Below the pieces are notes generated by a model. The model made no database searches and was not told where the DNA came from. It was given only the letters and a program-made list of their open reading frames with translations. Both the position numbers and the translations under genes were made by a program. A stretch of DNA of 64,000 nucleotides from an uncultured Alphaproteobacteria bacterium. Lineage in GTDB: Bacteria > Pseudomonadota > Alphaproteobacteria > Rhizobiales > Aestuariivirgaceae. How positions within the stretch are numbered: the stretch's first letter is position 1; every line of letters starts with the position of its first letter. This document shows positions 40,081 to 49,857 of the stretch, piece after piece. The stretch is from NCBI GenBank assembly GCA_945957365.1, contig CAMFKI010000018.1:4300-68299 (forward strand), in the 5' to 3' direction.

Positions 40081-41150
40081 CCCAGACCCCGCCGGCAGCG
40101 GCGCAGGCGGCGCCGTTGTCGGCCCGGGACTGGGCGTCACGGCTCAGCGCCTACAAGCAACCCCGGAATGCGAGGGCGGTGCGGGAACTGATCGTTACCG
40201 GCTTGCCGCTGGTGCTGCTGTGGGTGGCGATGTGGCATCTCGCCGGGGTCAGGGCCTGGCTGCCGCTGCTGATCGCACCCTTCGCAGCCTTCCTGCTGGT
40301 CCGGCTGTTCATGATCCAGCACGATTGCGGGCACAACGCATTCTTCTCCTCGCGCCGGGCCAATGACTGGGCCGGCCGCATCCTCGGCGTCTTGACGCTG
40401 ACGCCCTATGACGTCTGGCGGCATTCGCACGCGCTCCATCACGCCGGCTCGGGCAATCTCGACCGGCGCGGCATCGGCGACATCGCGACCATCACCGTCG
40501 CGGAATATCGCGCGCGCAGCCGCTGGGGCAGGCTGGCCTATCGGCTCTATCGCCATCCGCTGGTGATGTTCGGTATCGGGCCAGCCTATCTCTTCGTGCT
40601 GCAGCACCGCCTGCCGGTCGGCGCCATGAATGGCGGGGTGATGCCGTGGGCCAGCTCGCTGCTCACCAATGCTGGCATCCTCGCGCTCGGCCTGGGCCTC
40701 GGCCAGGTGACCGGGTTTCCCGCCCTGCTGCTCGTCCATGCGCCCATCGTCATCATCGGCGCCACCATCGGTGTCTGGCTGTTCTATGTGCAGCACCAGT
40801 TCGAGGCCACCTACTGGGAGCGCAGTGCGGACTGGACGCATCCGGACGCCGCCCTGCACGGCAGTTCCTTCTATGACCTGCCGAAACCGCTGATGTGGCT
40901 CACCGCCTATATCGGCGTCCACCACGTGCATCACCTGGCGAGCCGGATCCCGTTCTACCGGCTGTCGGAAGTGCTGAGAGACCACCCCGAAATCCGCAGC
41001 GTGGGCCGCATATCGCTGTGGCAAAGCCTGCGCGGCGTGCGGCTGACGCTGTGGGACCCGGAGTGCAGGAGCATGGTGCCCTTCAGCGCCCTCGGGCGGT
41101 CCTCAGTCGGAACGGACGATGGAGGCGATCGGCCCGCGGCTGCTGCCTGA
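40077..41150 (+). CDS. Membrane fatty acid desaturase (Des-like)
   Basis: Three His boxes HDCGH, HSHALHH, HHVHH; FYVQHQFE; ATG overlaps upstream TGA. Confidence 0.92.
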   Translation: MTQTPPAAAQAAPLSARDWASRLSAYKQPRNARAVRELIVTGLPLVLLWVAMWHLAGVRAWLPLLIAPFAAFLLVRLFMIQHDCGHNAFFSSRRANDWAGRILGVLTLTPYDVWRHSHALHHAGSGNLDRRGIGDIATITVAEYRARSRWGRLAYRLYRHPLVMFGIGPAYLFVLQHRLPVGAMNGGVMPWASSLLTNAGILALGLGLGQVTGFPALLLVHAPIVIIGATIGVWLFYVQHQFEATYWERSADWTHPDAALHGSSFYDLPKPLMWLTAYIGVHHVHHLASRIPFYRLSEVLRDHPEIRSVGRISLWQSLRGVRLTLWDPECRSMVPFSALGRSSVGTDDGGDRPAAAA

Positions 41151-41321
41151 CATTTCCATGATCTTGCGGTCCTGGTCCATGATCGCGGTGCGGGCATAGT
41201 CCTCGCCGTTCTCGGCGATGAGGGCGGCGGGAACCTTGCGCCGCGAACTGCGCGTGCCGTCCTCGTAGAGCACGTCGAACATGATGAAACCCTCGACGGT
41301 CTTCTCTTTCTTCTTGCCCAC
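41103..41321 (-). CDS. Small conserved hypothetical protein (about 72 aa)
   Basis: FIMFDVLYEDGTRSSRRKVP...QDRKI.EMSG..RGPI; GTG start after gggga; overlaps desaturase 3' end by 48 nt. Confidence 0.65.
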   Translation of the reverse strand: MGKKKEKTVEGFIMFDVLYEDGTRSSRRKVPAALIAENGEDYARTAIMDQDRKIMEMSGSSRGPIASIVRSD

Positions 41322-41420
41322 GATCAATCCCCACTGAATATGAGCACGCTCTCTAGGGCCAATTGCGCGTCCTGAACAGCCTTTCGTTGCGCGACGGCGG
41401 GACGGTGCTGCGTGCACTCT

Positions 41421-41446
41421 GGAACTCTGGCGGGGTTTCCCGAGTT
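41421..41446 (+). promoter_or_regulatory. Candidate sigma-EcfG promoter
   Basis: GGAAC-N17-AGTT, 53 nt upstream of the Fet4-like gene. Confidence 0.45.
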
Positions 41447-41499
41447 ATGAGCGCGTCCCGGCTCGGCCCGCACAGGGCCGGGACTTAGAAAGTCGAGAG

Positions 41500-41934
41500 A
41501 TGGAGAAATACTTCACCCGATTTGCCAATGCCACGGCCCGGCTGGCGGGCAGTGCCGGCGCATTTCTCGTTGCGGTCCTGCTGATCCTGGCCTGGGCCCT
41601 TTCGGGACCCTTCTTCGGCTACTCCGAAACCTGGCAGCTGGTGATCAACACCGGAACGACCATCGTCACCTTCCTCATGGTGTTCCTCATACAGAATACC
41701 CAGAACCGTGACGGCTATGCGCTGCAGACCAAGCTCGACGAACTGATCCGCTCGTCCAATGCCGAGAACATCTTCATGGGGATCGAGAAGCTCACCGACC
41801 GGGAACTCGAGGAGCTGCACAGCCGCTGCGAGCACTCGGCGCAGAAAAGCCAGTCGTTGCTGCAGAAGGCCGCGACCGAGCGCGACAGGCGCGGCACCGG
41901 GCGCGACGTCCCGCAGGTGACCGCAAAGGGCTAG
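41500..41934 (+). CDS. Low-affinity iron permease (Fet4-like) family protein
   Basis: WQLVINTGTTIVTFLMVFLIQNTQNRD..ALQTKLDELI. Confidence 0.92.
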   Translation: MEKYFTRFANATARLAGSAGAFLVAVLLILAWALSGPFFGYSETWQLVINTGTTIVTFLMVFLIQNTQNRDGYALQTKLDELIRSSNAENIFMGIEKLTDRELEELHSRCEHSAQKSQSLLQKAATERDRRGTGRDVPQVTAKG

Positions 41935-41953
41935 ACCGGCACGGCCGCCGCGA

Positions 41954-42592
41954 TCACCAGCGCAGCACCGCCCGTCCGGCAAAGGCACCCACCAGCCCAA
42001 GCCCAACGATGCCGATCGGATACCACGTCGCCACGAACAGCGGCGAGTCATCGGTGCAGTTCAAGGCATAGAAGGTGGCCGCGACGCCGCCCGCGAACAG
42101 CCCGAGGAGGAAGCCCGTCAGCATCGGCCGCGTGGTTGCGCCCTGCCGCATGCCCCACAGGCCGATGGCCAGCGGCACGATGCCGAAGGCCGGCACCAGC
42201 GTCAGGCAATGCCACCAGTTCGTGCCGACGACGGTCACCCCCCAGGTCGAGGCCGGCAGCAGCGCCAGTTCGACCGCCACCGCGGCAAGCAGCACGGCCG
42301 GCGCGGCGAAAACCGTCCACAGCGGCGCGCCGGTGAGGCCTTCGGGGTAGAGTGCCCGGCGCAGCAGCAGGAATACGCTCCCGGCCAGCGTGAGCGTGAC
42401 GACGAATTTGAAATCGAAGCGCCAGGTCTGGGCGGCGGTCGCAATGTCGGGGCGCGGCCCGATGGTGAGCAGCATCGCCGCCGCGGCGAACAGGCAGGCC
42501 GCCATTGCCGCGAGGCCGAAGGACAGGGCGGGTGAACTGTGCCGCGGGGGCGTGTCCGCGGCGAGGCGCGAGATTAGTTGGTCGGTCTTCAT
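41954..42592 (-). CDS. nrsF: NrsF/DUF1109 anti-sigma factor
   Basis: MKTDQLISRLAAD, FDFKF, NWWHCL, GATTRP, YALNCTDDSPLFVATWY; ATG overlaps sigma-factor stop. Confidence 0.9.
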   Translation of the reverse strand: MKTDQLISRLAADTPPRHSSPALSFGLAAMAACLFAAAAMLLTIGPRPDIATAAQTWRFDFKFVVTLTLAGSVFLLLRRALYPEGLTGAPLWTVFAAPAVLLAAVAVELALLPASTWGVTVVGTNWWHCLTLVPAFGIVPLAIGLWGMRQGATTRPMLTGFLLGLFAGGVAATFYALNCTDDSPLFVATWYPIGIVGLGLVGAFAGRAVLRW

Positions 42593-43137
42593 GCCTGCCG
42601 TCCGAAGCGCTGGGCGATGGTGCTGAGGCCGCGGTGAAAGGCGACGCGCACCGCCGTCTCCTTCATGTCCAGAACCGCAGCCGTCTCGCGGATCGAGCGG
42701 CCTTCGAAGGCAATCGACTTCACGACCTTCTGCTGGCCTTCGCTGAGCGTTCCCACGGCGCGTTCCATCTGTTGTGTCTCTTCCATCGCATGCGTCTCGC
42801 TCGGCCCCGCCAGCACGTCTGAAAACTCCTCGATCGGCACTTCCACCCGCACGCCGCGGCGGCGGCAGGCGTCGATTGCTTTGTAGCGGGCAATCGTCAC
42901 CAGCCACGGCAGGATCGGCTCGTCGCTGCGCCAGGTGTGGCGCTTGAGATGCACGGCCAGCAGCGTTTCCTGCACCACGTCTTCGATGCCCGACGGCAGG
43001 GCGGACTTCAGCCGCCTGGTCACGGCGCGCCTGGTCAGCGCCGCGGCGCGGCGCAGGAACTCAGTATAGGCGGCTTCGTCGCCACGGAGCGCGGCGCGCA
43101 TCATATCTGCCATCGCGCGATCCTCGTCGGAGGCCAT
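42589..43137 (-). CDS. sigF: ECF sigma factor (SigF/ECF16 type)
   Basis: MRAALRGDEAAY, EDVVQETLLAVHLKRHTW, PWLVTIARYK.ID..RR, VRVAFHRGL; coupled to nrsF. Confidence 0.9.
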   Translation of the reverse strand: MASDEDRAMADMMRAALRGDEAAYTEFLRRAAALTRRAVTRRLKSALPSGIEDVVQETLLAVHLKRHTWRSDEPILPWLVTIARYKAIDACRRRGVRVEVPIEEFSDVLAGPSETHAMEETQQMERAVGTLSEGQQKVVKSIAFEGRSIRETAAVLDMKETAVRVAFHRGLSTIAQRFGRQA

Positions 43138-43147
43138 TACCGTCTCT

Positions 43148-43173
43148 TTCGCTTCGGACCGGCGATTTGTTAC
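43148..43173 (-). promoter_or_regulatory. SigF-type promoter of sigF-nrsF (autoregulatory)
   Basis: Minus strand GTAACA-N16-CGAA ending 10 nt before the sigF ATG. Confidence 0.8.
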
Positions 43174-43239
43174 ATGGGGCTCCGCCGCTGGCAAGGCGAG
43201 GCCTGCCGGATCACGCCCGATCACGGCTGCGTGTGCGCG

Positions 43240-43265
43240 GTAACAATCCGGCCCCTGGCGGCGAA
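43240..43265 (+). promoter_or_regulatory. SigF-type promoter of the buf operon
   Basis: GTAACA-atccggcccctggcgg(16)-CGAA, 52 nt upstream of the DUF2282 ATG. Confidence 0.8.
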
Positions 43266-43317
43266 GTCCTCCATGTCGAGCAAATGATGCTCGTCGCTCC
43301 AGAGAGGAAACACCGTC

Positions 43318-43581
43318 ATGAACAATCTGCTCGTTGCTTCGGCGCTGGCCGCCGCACTCACCCTTCCCGCCCTCACCGCGGCCCAGGCCGGCCCGACCCC
43401 GGTGCCGTCCTACGCCTCGGAAAAATGCTTCGGCATCGCCAAGGCCGGCTCCAACGACTGCGCCGCCATGTCGGGCGCCCATTCCTGCGCCGGCATGTCC
43501 AAGGTCGACTCCGATCCCAACGAGTGGGTCTACGTGCCCGCCGGCTACTGCAGCCGCATCGTCGGCGGCCAGATGAAGTAA
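43318..43581 (+). CDS. bufA: Bufferin-type RiPP precursor (DUF2282, BufA1-like)
   Basis: Sec signal ending AQA; four Cys: [26 protein letters not shown]; RBS gagagga. Confidence 0.9.
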   Translation: MNNLLVASALAAALTLPALTAAQAGPTPVPSYASEKCFGIAKAGSNDCAAMSGAHSCAGMSKVDSDPNEWVYVPAGYCSRIVGGQMK

Positions 43582-43592
43582 CCCACCACGGC

Positions 43593-43613
43593 GGGGCGGC
43601 CCCGGGCCGTCCC
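43593..43613 (+). other. Intra-operon stem-loop after precursor gene
   Basis: ggggcggcc-ccg-ggccgtccc hairpin with no U tract. Confidence 0.5.
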
Positions 43614-43634
43614 CCGATCCCCAGGGGGCATGCG

Positions 43635-44498
43635 ATGACCGACCTTTACCCACAGCGTTCCGCCGGCGTCGGCCTCAGGCTGCAGCATCTGGCGCAGGTC
43701 CTGCGCGACCGGCCCGCGGCGGCGTGGTTCGAAGTCCATCCGGAGAATTTCCTCGCCAACCCGCATGCCGCGGAGATGCTCGAGGCCATAGCCGCCCTCT
43801 ATCCCGTCTCGGTGCACAGCGTCGGCATTTCGGCCGGCAGCGTGGGTGGCATCGACCGGACCCATGTCGCGCGCATCAGGTCGCTCGTCGCGCGGCTCGA
43901 TCCGATCCTGTTGTCCGGCCATCTCGCCTGGTCGACCCATGACGGCGACTATCTCAACGACCTCTTGCCGCTGCCCTATCACGCGGAATCGCTCGGCGTG
44001 ATCTGCGACCACATCGCGGAAATCCAGGATGCGCTGGGCATGGTCTTCCATCTCGAGAACCCGTCGAACTATCTGGGCTTCGCGGACTCGACCATGACCG
44101 AGACAGCCTTCCTCGGCGAGATCGTCCGCCGCACCGGCTGCCGGCTGCTGTGCGATGTCTCGAACATTCACGTCAGCGCGCACAACCTCGGCTATGACGC
44201 GCGGCGCTACATCGACGAGCTGCCGGCGGACGCCATCGGCGAACTCCATCTCGGCGGCTTCGAGGTCGAGGCCGAGGCCGGCGGCGGCAGCGTGATCATC
44301 GACACCCATGCCCGCCCGATCGCGCCGGAAGCCTGGGATCTCTATGCCTATGCCATCGCCCGCTTCGGCCGCCGTCCGACCCTCATCGAGTGGGACAGCG
44401 CCATCCCGTCGCTCGACAGGCTGCTGGCGGAAGCCGGCAAGGCCGATGCCGTGGCTGCCGCCGCCGAAAGGGAGGTGCGCCATGCCGTCACTGTCTGA
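43635..44498 (+). CDS. bufB: DUF692 multinuclear non-heme iron oxidase (MNIO, BufB-like)
   Basis: GVGLR..H, WFEVHPENF, HSVG.S.G, SGHLAWS, LENPSNY, LLCDVSNIHV, ELHLGG, DTH, TLIEWD. Confidence 0.93.
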   Translation: MTDLYPQRSAGVGLRLQHLAQVLRDRPAAAWFEVHPENFLANPHAAEMLEAIAALYPVSVHSVGISAGSVGGIDRTHVARIRSLVARLDPILLSGHLAWSTHDGDYLNDLLPLPYHAESLGVICDHIAEIQDALGMVFHLENPSNYLGFADSTMTETAFLGEIVRRTGCRLLCDVSNIHVSAHNLGYDARRYIDELPADAIGELHLGGFEVEAEAGGGSVIIDTHARPIAPEAWDLYAYAIARFGRRPTLIEWDSAIPSLDRLLAEAGKADAVAAAAEREVRHAVTV

Positions 44499-45255
44499 GA
44501 CCCAGGCCGGCTTCCGCGCCGCGATCGCGGGGGGAACCGCACCCGCACTCCTGTCGGGCCTGCGCGGCTCGACCGATCCGGGTGAGCGGCTGGAAATCTA
44601 CCGCCGCCACTACCGCGAAAGCTTCCGCCGGCACCTGCGCGGCCGCTACCCCACGCTCGAATGGCTGCTCGGCACCGATCCCGTGGTCGCGCTGGCCGAC
44701 ATCACGCTGCAGCACTCACCGCCGCGCGCGCCGAGCCTCGCCGAATATGGCGCGGAGCTGATCGCCACGGTCGCGTCCACAGCCGGCCTCCCGCCTTACG
44801 CGGCCGACGTCGCCCGGCTGGACTGGCACCTCGGCTCTCTCGCGGTCGCGATTGCCCATGAGCCGATGCCGCTCGCGGCGCTGGCCAGCGTCGATCCGGA
44901 GCGGCTGGGCGATCTGCGCCTCGGGCTGCAGCTCGGTCTCGCCTATGTCACCTCGCCCTGGCCGGTGGATGAACTCGTTCACCTCCGCCAACAGGACAGT
45001 GCCCCGGCGGAACTGGTTTTCGTGCCAAGCGAAACCCATCTCGAGCTTCGCGGCGCCCGCGGGCAGTTCAGCCTGCAGCGGCTTGACACCGGCAGCTTCG
45101 CCTTCCGCTCCGCTCTCGCCCGTGGCGCGACGCTTGCTGATGCGGCGTCCGCGGGGCAGGCGGCCGCACCCGAATTCGACCTTTCAACCGCGCTTGCCAC
45201 CCTCTTTGCGGAGGGCCTCGTCATCAACCATTCCGGAGGGAACCAAAATGTCTGA
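44482..45255 (+). CDS. bufC: DUF2063 partner protein (BufC-like)
   Basis: Q..F.AAI, RLEIYRRHY, RYP.L..LLG, SLAEYG, DVARLDW; follows DUF692. Confidence 0.85.
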   Translation: MPSLSETQAGFRAAIAGGTAPALLSGLRGSTDPGERLEIYRRHYRESFRRHLRGRYPTLEWLLGTDPVVALADITLQHSPPRAPSLAEYGAELIATVASTAGLPPYAADVARLDWHLGSLAVAIAHEPMPLAALASVDPERLGDLRLGLQLGLAYVTSPWPVDELVHLRQQDSAPAELVFVPSETHLELRGARGQFSLQRLDTGSFAFRSALARGATLADAASAGQAAAPEFDLSTALATLFAEGLVINHSGGNQNV

Positions 45256-45766
45256 CACTCTCATGCTGCCACCCATCATTGCCGGCCTGCGGAGCCGTTT
45301 CGTCGCCATCAGGGCGCTGCTGGCCCTCCTGCCGCTGTCGCTGCTGCTGCTCGGCATGCGCGTCGCCATGGGCTTCGTGTTCTTCAACGCGGGGCTCCTC
45401 AAGCTGCACTCCTTCGACTTCGCCGTGCAGCTCTTCGCCAATGAATATCGCCTGCCGCTCATTCCGCCGGAGATCGCCGCGCGGCTTGCCATGACGGTCG
45501 AACTCGGCATGCCGCTGTTCCTCTTCGCCGGCCTCGCGACGCGGCTGGCGACCCTGCCGCTGCTCGGTATGACGCTGGTCATCGTCACGCTCGTCTATCC
45601 CGCCTCGTGGGTGGAGAGCCTGCTGTGGGGCAGCGTGCTGCTGATGATCCTCACCCGCGGCCCCGGCGTGATCTCGCTCGACCATCTGGTGGAACGCTGG
45701 TTCGAGAAGCGCTCACGGCCGATGGCGGCCGATGTGACCCCGCGCATGGTCAGTCGCGCGGCCTGA
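45248..45766 (+). CDS. bufD: DoxX-family membrane protein (BufD-like)
   Basis: RVAMGFVFFNAGLLKL, FANEYRLP, GLATRLATLPLL, RGPGVISLDH. Confidence 0.9.
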   Translation: MSDTLMLPPIIAGLRSRFVAIRALLALLPLSLLLLGMRVAMGFVFFNAGLLKLHSFDFAVQLFANEYRLPLIPPEIAARLAMTVELGMPLFLFAGLATRLATLPLLGMTLVIVTLVYPASWVESLLWGSVLLMILTRGPGVISLDHLVERWFEKRSRPMAADVTPRMVSRAA

Positions 45767-46032
45767 GGCCAGGCGGCACGCCATCGCCACCACGCGACGG
45801 TCGCCGCCCACATCGGGCGGCAGACTGGTTTTGCGGGCAGCATCCCTCCGACATATCCGTTCGACCTCGCGAGCTGTCTGACGAGGCCGTGAATGACCTG
45901 GGCGGCCGCCATGCAACCGAAGATGGCTGCAGCATCTACCGTCCTGACGTTGCGGCAGGGTGACGCAGGGTGCCATCTGCGCTTGCTTCCCGATTGCGTC
46001 AGATTGCGTTACGGTTGCATCGCCTGCAGGCA

Positions 46033-46503
46033 ATGAGTGCCTTCGGCGGTCGTGACGGGGGTATCGTGATAGATGAAACAATCCTGCGTGCGTTTGGCAC
46101 CATCTGGCCTCGTCATGTGTCGAGCCTCACCCAGTTTCTGATCGACTGCCGCAAGCATTTCAACAGTGACCTCGACCTGTTCCTGGTGCTCTGCATCATC
46201 GGCGACCGGACGTTTTCGACCGAGCACGCGCCCTCCGACATGGATTTCGACAACTGGAGCTCCGCCAGCCCCCGCGAGGTCCAGTCCATTGAAATCAATG
46301 CACAATCACTGTCGGACTATAGCGGAATCCCGCGTGAGACGGTGCGGCGCAAGCTGAACATCCTGGTCGAAAAGGGCTGGGTCGAGCGGGACCACCGCGG
46401 CTACATCACCGCAACGGCCAAGGCCAAGGAGGAACTGGCGCCGCTGACCAAGTCGAGCCTGGTCTATCTGACGCGCATGAAGTCGGTCCTCACCGACCTG
46501 TAA
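46033..46503 (+). CDS. Winged-helix HTH hypothetical regulator
   Basis: C-terminal INAQSLSDYSGIPRETVRRKLNILVEKGWVER HTH plus wing; start uncertain (46033 ATG or 46066 GTG). Confidence 0.7.
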   Translation: MSAFGGRDGGIVIDETILRAFGTIWPRHVSSLTQFLIDCRKHFNSDLDLFLVLCIIGDRTFSTEHAPSDMDFDNWSSASPREVQSIEINAQSLSDYSGIPRETVRRKLNILVEKGWVERDHRGYITATAKAKEELAPLTKSSLVYLTRMKSVLTDL

Positions 46504-46668
46504 TGTCAGAATGAATGAAGGTTGAGGAGTGGCCTCTCGTCCGGCGAGCAACCGGGCTCATGTTCACGGAACTGTGACCTTTGACCCGATTTGAGCGGCA
46601 TGCCTCTTTTCCACCAGATGAGAGGGGGGTACAAACAATGCGAGTATCAGGTTGAAGGAACACACGCC

Positions 46669-47175
46669 ATGGCGGACCTCGTCGCAATCACCTACCCCAA
46701 CGAGGAGACGGCAGAAGCCGCACGCAAGAAGGTCCTCGAACTCCAGACGGAATACCTGATCTCACTCGAGGACGCCGTGGTCGTCGTCAAGGATGCCGAT
46801 GGCAAGATCAAGCTGCACCAGATGTTCAACACCACGGCCGCCGGCGCCGCGTCGGGCAGCTTCTGGGGCTTTCTCGTCGGTCTGCTGTTCATGATGCCGC
46901 TGGCCGGCGTCCTGCTCGGAGCCGCCGCCGGTGCGCTGGGCGGCAAGCTCAGCGACTATGGCATCAAGGACGACTTCATGAAGGGTGTCGCCGCCTCGAT
47001 CCAGCCGGGCAATGCGGCACTGTTCCTGCTCATCAAGAACATGACGGCGGACAAGGTGGTCGCCGGGCTGCAGCAATTCGGCGGCACGGTCCTGCGCACC
47101 TCGCTCGACGAGACCAAGGAGAAGGAACTCCGCGCCGCGCTCGATGACCATCTCAAGGCCGCGCCTGCCGCCTGA
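46669..47175 (+). CDS. DUF1269 family membrane protein
   Basis: LEDAVVV.KDADGKIKLHQ, GSFWGFLVGLLF, GALGGKLSDYGI.DDF, GTVLRTSL; RBS gaagga. Confidence 0.88.
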   Translation: MADLVAITYPNEETAEAARKKVLELQTEYLISLEDAVVVVKDADGKIKLHQMFNTTAAGAASGSFWGFLVGLLFMMPLAGVLLGAAAGALGGKLSDYGIKDDFMKGVAASIQPGNAALFLLIKNMTADKVVAGLQQFGGTVLRTSLDETKEKELRAALDDHLKAAPAA

Positions 47176-47314
47176 GGTGCCTGCCGCCAGCTTGAACTGA
47201 AGACCCGGGGGCGGTAACGGACATGAATGCCCGCCCCCGGTCACGGCCAGCCTCCGATCACCTCGGCAGGCGCGCCAAGATGCTCCACGATCCGATTATC
47301 CAGGAGGTTCGCCC

Positions 47315-47617
47315 ATGCACTTCACCCCGCGTGAAATCGACAAGCTGCTCATCTACATGATGGCGCAGGTGGCCCAGCGCCGGAAGGACCAGGGCCTGAA
47401 GCTCAATCATCCCGAAACCGTCTCGCTCATCTCCGTCGCCGCCCTCGAAGGGGCGCGCGCCGGCAAGACGCTGGAGCAGGTGATGGAACTCGCCGGCAAG
47501 GTGATCACCCGCAACGACGTCATGGACGGCGTCGTCGAGATGATCCCCTACGTGCAGGTCGAGGCCGTGTTCACCGACGGCAGCCGCCTCATCACCGTCC
47601 ACGAACCCATCAAGTGA
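47315..47617 (+). CDS. ureA: Urease gamma subunit
   Basis: [37 protein letters not shown]. Confidence 0.97.
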   Translation: MHFTPREIDKLLIYMMAQVAQRRKDQGLKLNHPETVSLISVAALEGARAGKTLEQVMELAGKVITRNDVMDGVVEMIPYVQVEAVFTDGSRLITVHEPIK

Positions 47618-47637
47618 TCCGGAAAGGGCACGCCATC

Positions 47638-48048
47638 ATGGCTCAAGACCAGACGAAGACCCCAGTGGGCGGGTTGGTTCTCGCCGCCGGCGACATCGAG
47701 ATCAATGCCGGCTATCCGGTCACCACCATCAAGGTGCGCAACACCGGCGACCGGCCCATCCAGGTCGGCTCGCATTTCCACTTCTTCGAGACCAATTCGC
47801 AGCTCGAGTTCGACCGCGGCCAGGCCTTCGGCAAGCGGCTCAACATCCCGGCCACCACCGCGATCCGCTTCGAGCCTGGTGACGAAAAGGAAGTCAGCCT
47901 CGTGCCCTACCAGGGCAAGCAGCGGGTGTACGGCTTCAACGGCCTGGTCAATGGCTGGGTGGGTGACGAGAGCCACGACGATTACCGCCCCCGCCTCGCC
48001 GAGGCCCTGAGCAAGGTCGCGCTCTATGGTTTCAAGAACAAGCCCTAA
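47638..48048 (+). CDS. ureB: Urease beta subunit
   Basis: [32 protein letters not shown]. Confidence 0.97.
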   Translation: MAQDQTKTPVGGLVLAAGDIEINAGYPVTTIKVRNTGDRPIQVGSHFHFFETNSQLEFDRGQAFGKRLNIPATTAIRFEPGDEKEVSLVPYQGKQRVYGFNGLVNGWVGDESHDDYRPRLAEALSKVALYGFKNKP

Positions 48049-48083
48049 TCCGCCGCCTCAACATCATTCAATGGAGCTGTGAG

Positions 48084-49802
48084 ATGGCCAAGATCTCAAG
48101 AAAGCAATACACCGATCTCTACGGCCCGACGACGGGCGACAAGATCCGTCTTGCCAACACCAATCTCTTCATCGAGATCGAGAAGGACCTCCGCGTCTAT
48201 GGCGAGGAGGCCGTCTATGGCGGCGGCAAGACGCTGCGCGACGGCATGGGCTTCGACAATGAACTGACCAGTGCCGCCGGCGCCCCCGACCTCGTCATCA
48301 CCAACGTCACCATCCTCGATGGCGTGCAGGGCGTCATCAAGGCCGACGTCGGCATCAAGAACGGCCTGATCTGCGGCATCGGCAAGGCCGGCAACCCGGC
48401 GATCATGCCGGGCGTCACCCGCGGCCTGGCGCTCGGACCGGGCACCGACGCCATTTCGGGCGAGCACCTCATCCTCACCGCCGGCGGCATCGACGCGCAT
48501 GTCCACTTCATCTCGCCGCAGCAGGCGGAGGCGGCGCTGAGCAATGGCGTGACCACGCTGTTCGGCGGCGGCATCGGCCCCTCCGACGGCACCAACGGAA
48601 CGACCATCACGCCCGGCACCTGGAACATCGAGATGATGCTCAGTTCCTTCGACTCGTGGCCGGTCAATGCCGGCGTACTGGGCAAGGGCAACGGTTCGGC
48701 CCCCGTGCCGCTGGTGGAGCAGATCCGCGCCGGCGCCATGGGCCTCAAGATCCACGAGGACTGGGGCACCACCCCGGCGGCGATCCGCAATGCGCTCACC
48801 GTCGCCGATCAGCAGGACGTTCAGGTCTGCATCCACACCGACACGCTGAACGAGTCGGGCTTCGTGGAGAACACCATCGCCGCCTTCGAGGGCCGCACCA
48901 TCCACACCTACCACACCGAAGGTGCGGGCGGCGGCCATGCCCCCGACATCATCCGCGTGGCGGGCCTGCCCAACGTCATCCCGAGCTCGACCAACCCGAC
49001 GCTGCCCTATGGCATCAACTCGCAGGCCGAGCTGTTCGACATGACGATGATCTGTCACAACCTCAGCCCCAAGATCCCGACCGACGTCGCCTTTGCCGAA
49101 AGCCGGGTGCGGCCTGAGACCATCGCGGCCGAAAACGTGCTCCACGACATGGGCGCCATTTCCATCATGTCGAGCGACAGCCAGGCGATGGGCCGCGTGG
49201 GCGAGAACTGGATGCGCACCATCCAGACCGCGCATCTGATGAAGGACCGCACCGGCGCCTACCAGGGCGACACGTCTGGCAACGACAACCAGCGCGTCCT
49301 GCGCTTCGTGGCGAAGGTCACGATCAACCCGGCCATCGCCCAGGGCGTGGGCCATGTCATCGGCTCGGTCGAAGTCGGCAAGATGGCGGACCTGGTGCTG
49401 TGGGAACCCGCCTTCTTCGGCGCCAAGCCGAAGATGGTGATCAAGGGCGGCTTCATCTCGTGGTCGCTGATGGGCGACCCCAATGCCTCGCTCCCCACCC
49501 CACAGCCGGTGATGTACCGCCCGATGTTCGGCGGCCTGCAGTCGGTGATCCCCAAGACCCGCGTCACCTTCACCTCGCATGCCGGCATTGAAGACGGCAT
49601 CGTCGAGCGTTATGGCCTCAAGTCGAAGGTCATGCCGGTCTACGGCACGCGGACCATCACCAAGACGTCGATGGTGCGCAACTCCGCCCTGCCGGACATC
49701 CAGGTCAATCCGGAGACCTTCGCGGTCACCGTCGACGGCAAGCATGCGACGGTCGAGCCGGCGACCAACGTTCCGCTCACCCAGCTGCACTTCTTCAGCT
49801 GA
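48084..49802 (+). CDS. ureC: Urease alpha subunit
   Basis: [52 protein letters not shown] flap, [12 protein letters not shown]. Confidence 0.98.
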   Translation: MAKISRKQYTDLYGPTTGDKIRLANTNLFIEIEKDLRVYGEEAVYGGGKTLRDGMGFDNELTSAAGAPDLVITNVTILDGVQGVIKADVGIKNGLICGIGKAGNPAIMPGVTRGLALGPGTDAISGEHLILTAGGIDAHVHFISPQQAEAALSNGVTTLFGGGIGPSDGTNGTTITPGTWNIEMMLSSFDSWPVNAGVLGKGNGSAPVPLVEQIRAGAMGLKIHEDWGTTPAAIRNALTVADQQDVQVCIHTDTLNESGFVENTIAAFEGRTIHTYHTEGAGGGHAPDIIRVAGLPNVIPSSTNPTLPYGINSQAELFDMTMICHNLSPKIPTDVAFAESRVRPETIAAENVLHDMGAISIMSSDSQAMGRVGENWMRTIQTAHLMKDRTGAYQGDTSGNDNQRVLRFVAKVTINPAIAQGVGHVIGSVEVGKMADLVLWEPAFFGAKPKMVIKGGFISWSLMGDPNASLPTPQPVMYRPMFGGLQSVIPKTRVTFTSHAGIEDGIVERYGLKSKVMPVYGTRTITKTSMVRNSALPDIQVNPETFAVTVDGKHATVEPATNVPLTQLHFFS

Positions 49803-49857
49803 AATCAACACGGTCCGGCGGGGGCCCCGGTCCCCGCCACCCGGATTGCGAGTTTGC

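Noticed and set aside
41954-45766. Treating the DUF692 cluster as a wholly novel system
   Set aside because: Architecture and precursor motifs match the already described bufferin family, so it is reported only as a new congener
46568-46595. GGAAC motif upstream of the DUF1269 gene as an EcfG promoter
   Set aside because: No acceptable CGTT-like -10 element at 16-17 nt spacing
49803-49857. Possible fluoride riboswitch before crcB
   Set aside because: Only a simple GC hairpin (ggcgggg/ccccgcc) is present; I saw none of the conserved fluoride-riboswitch elements. An Infernal search with the Rfam crcB model would be decisive
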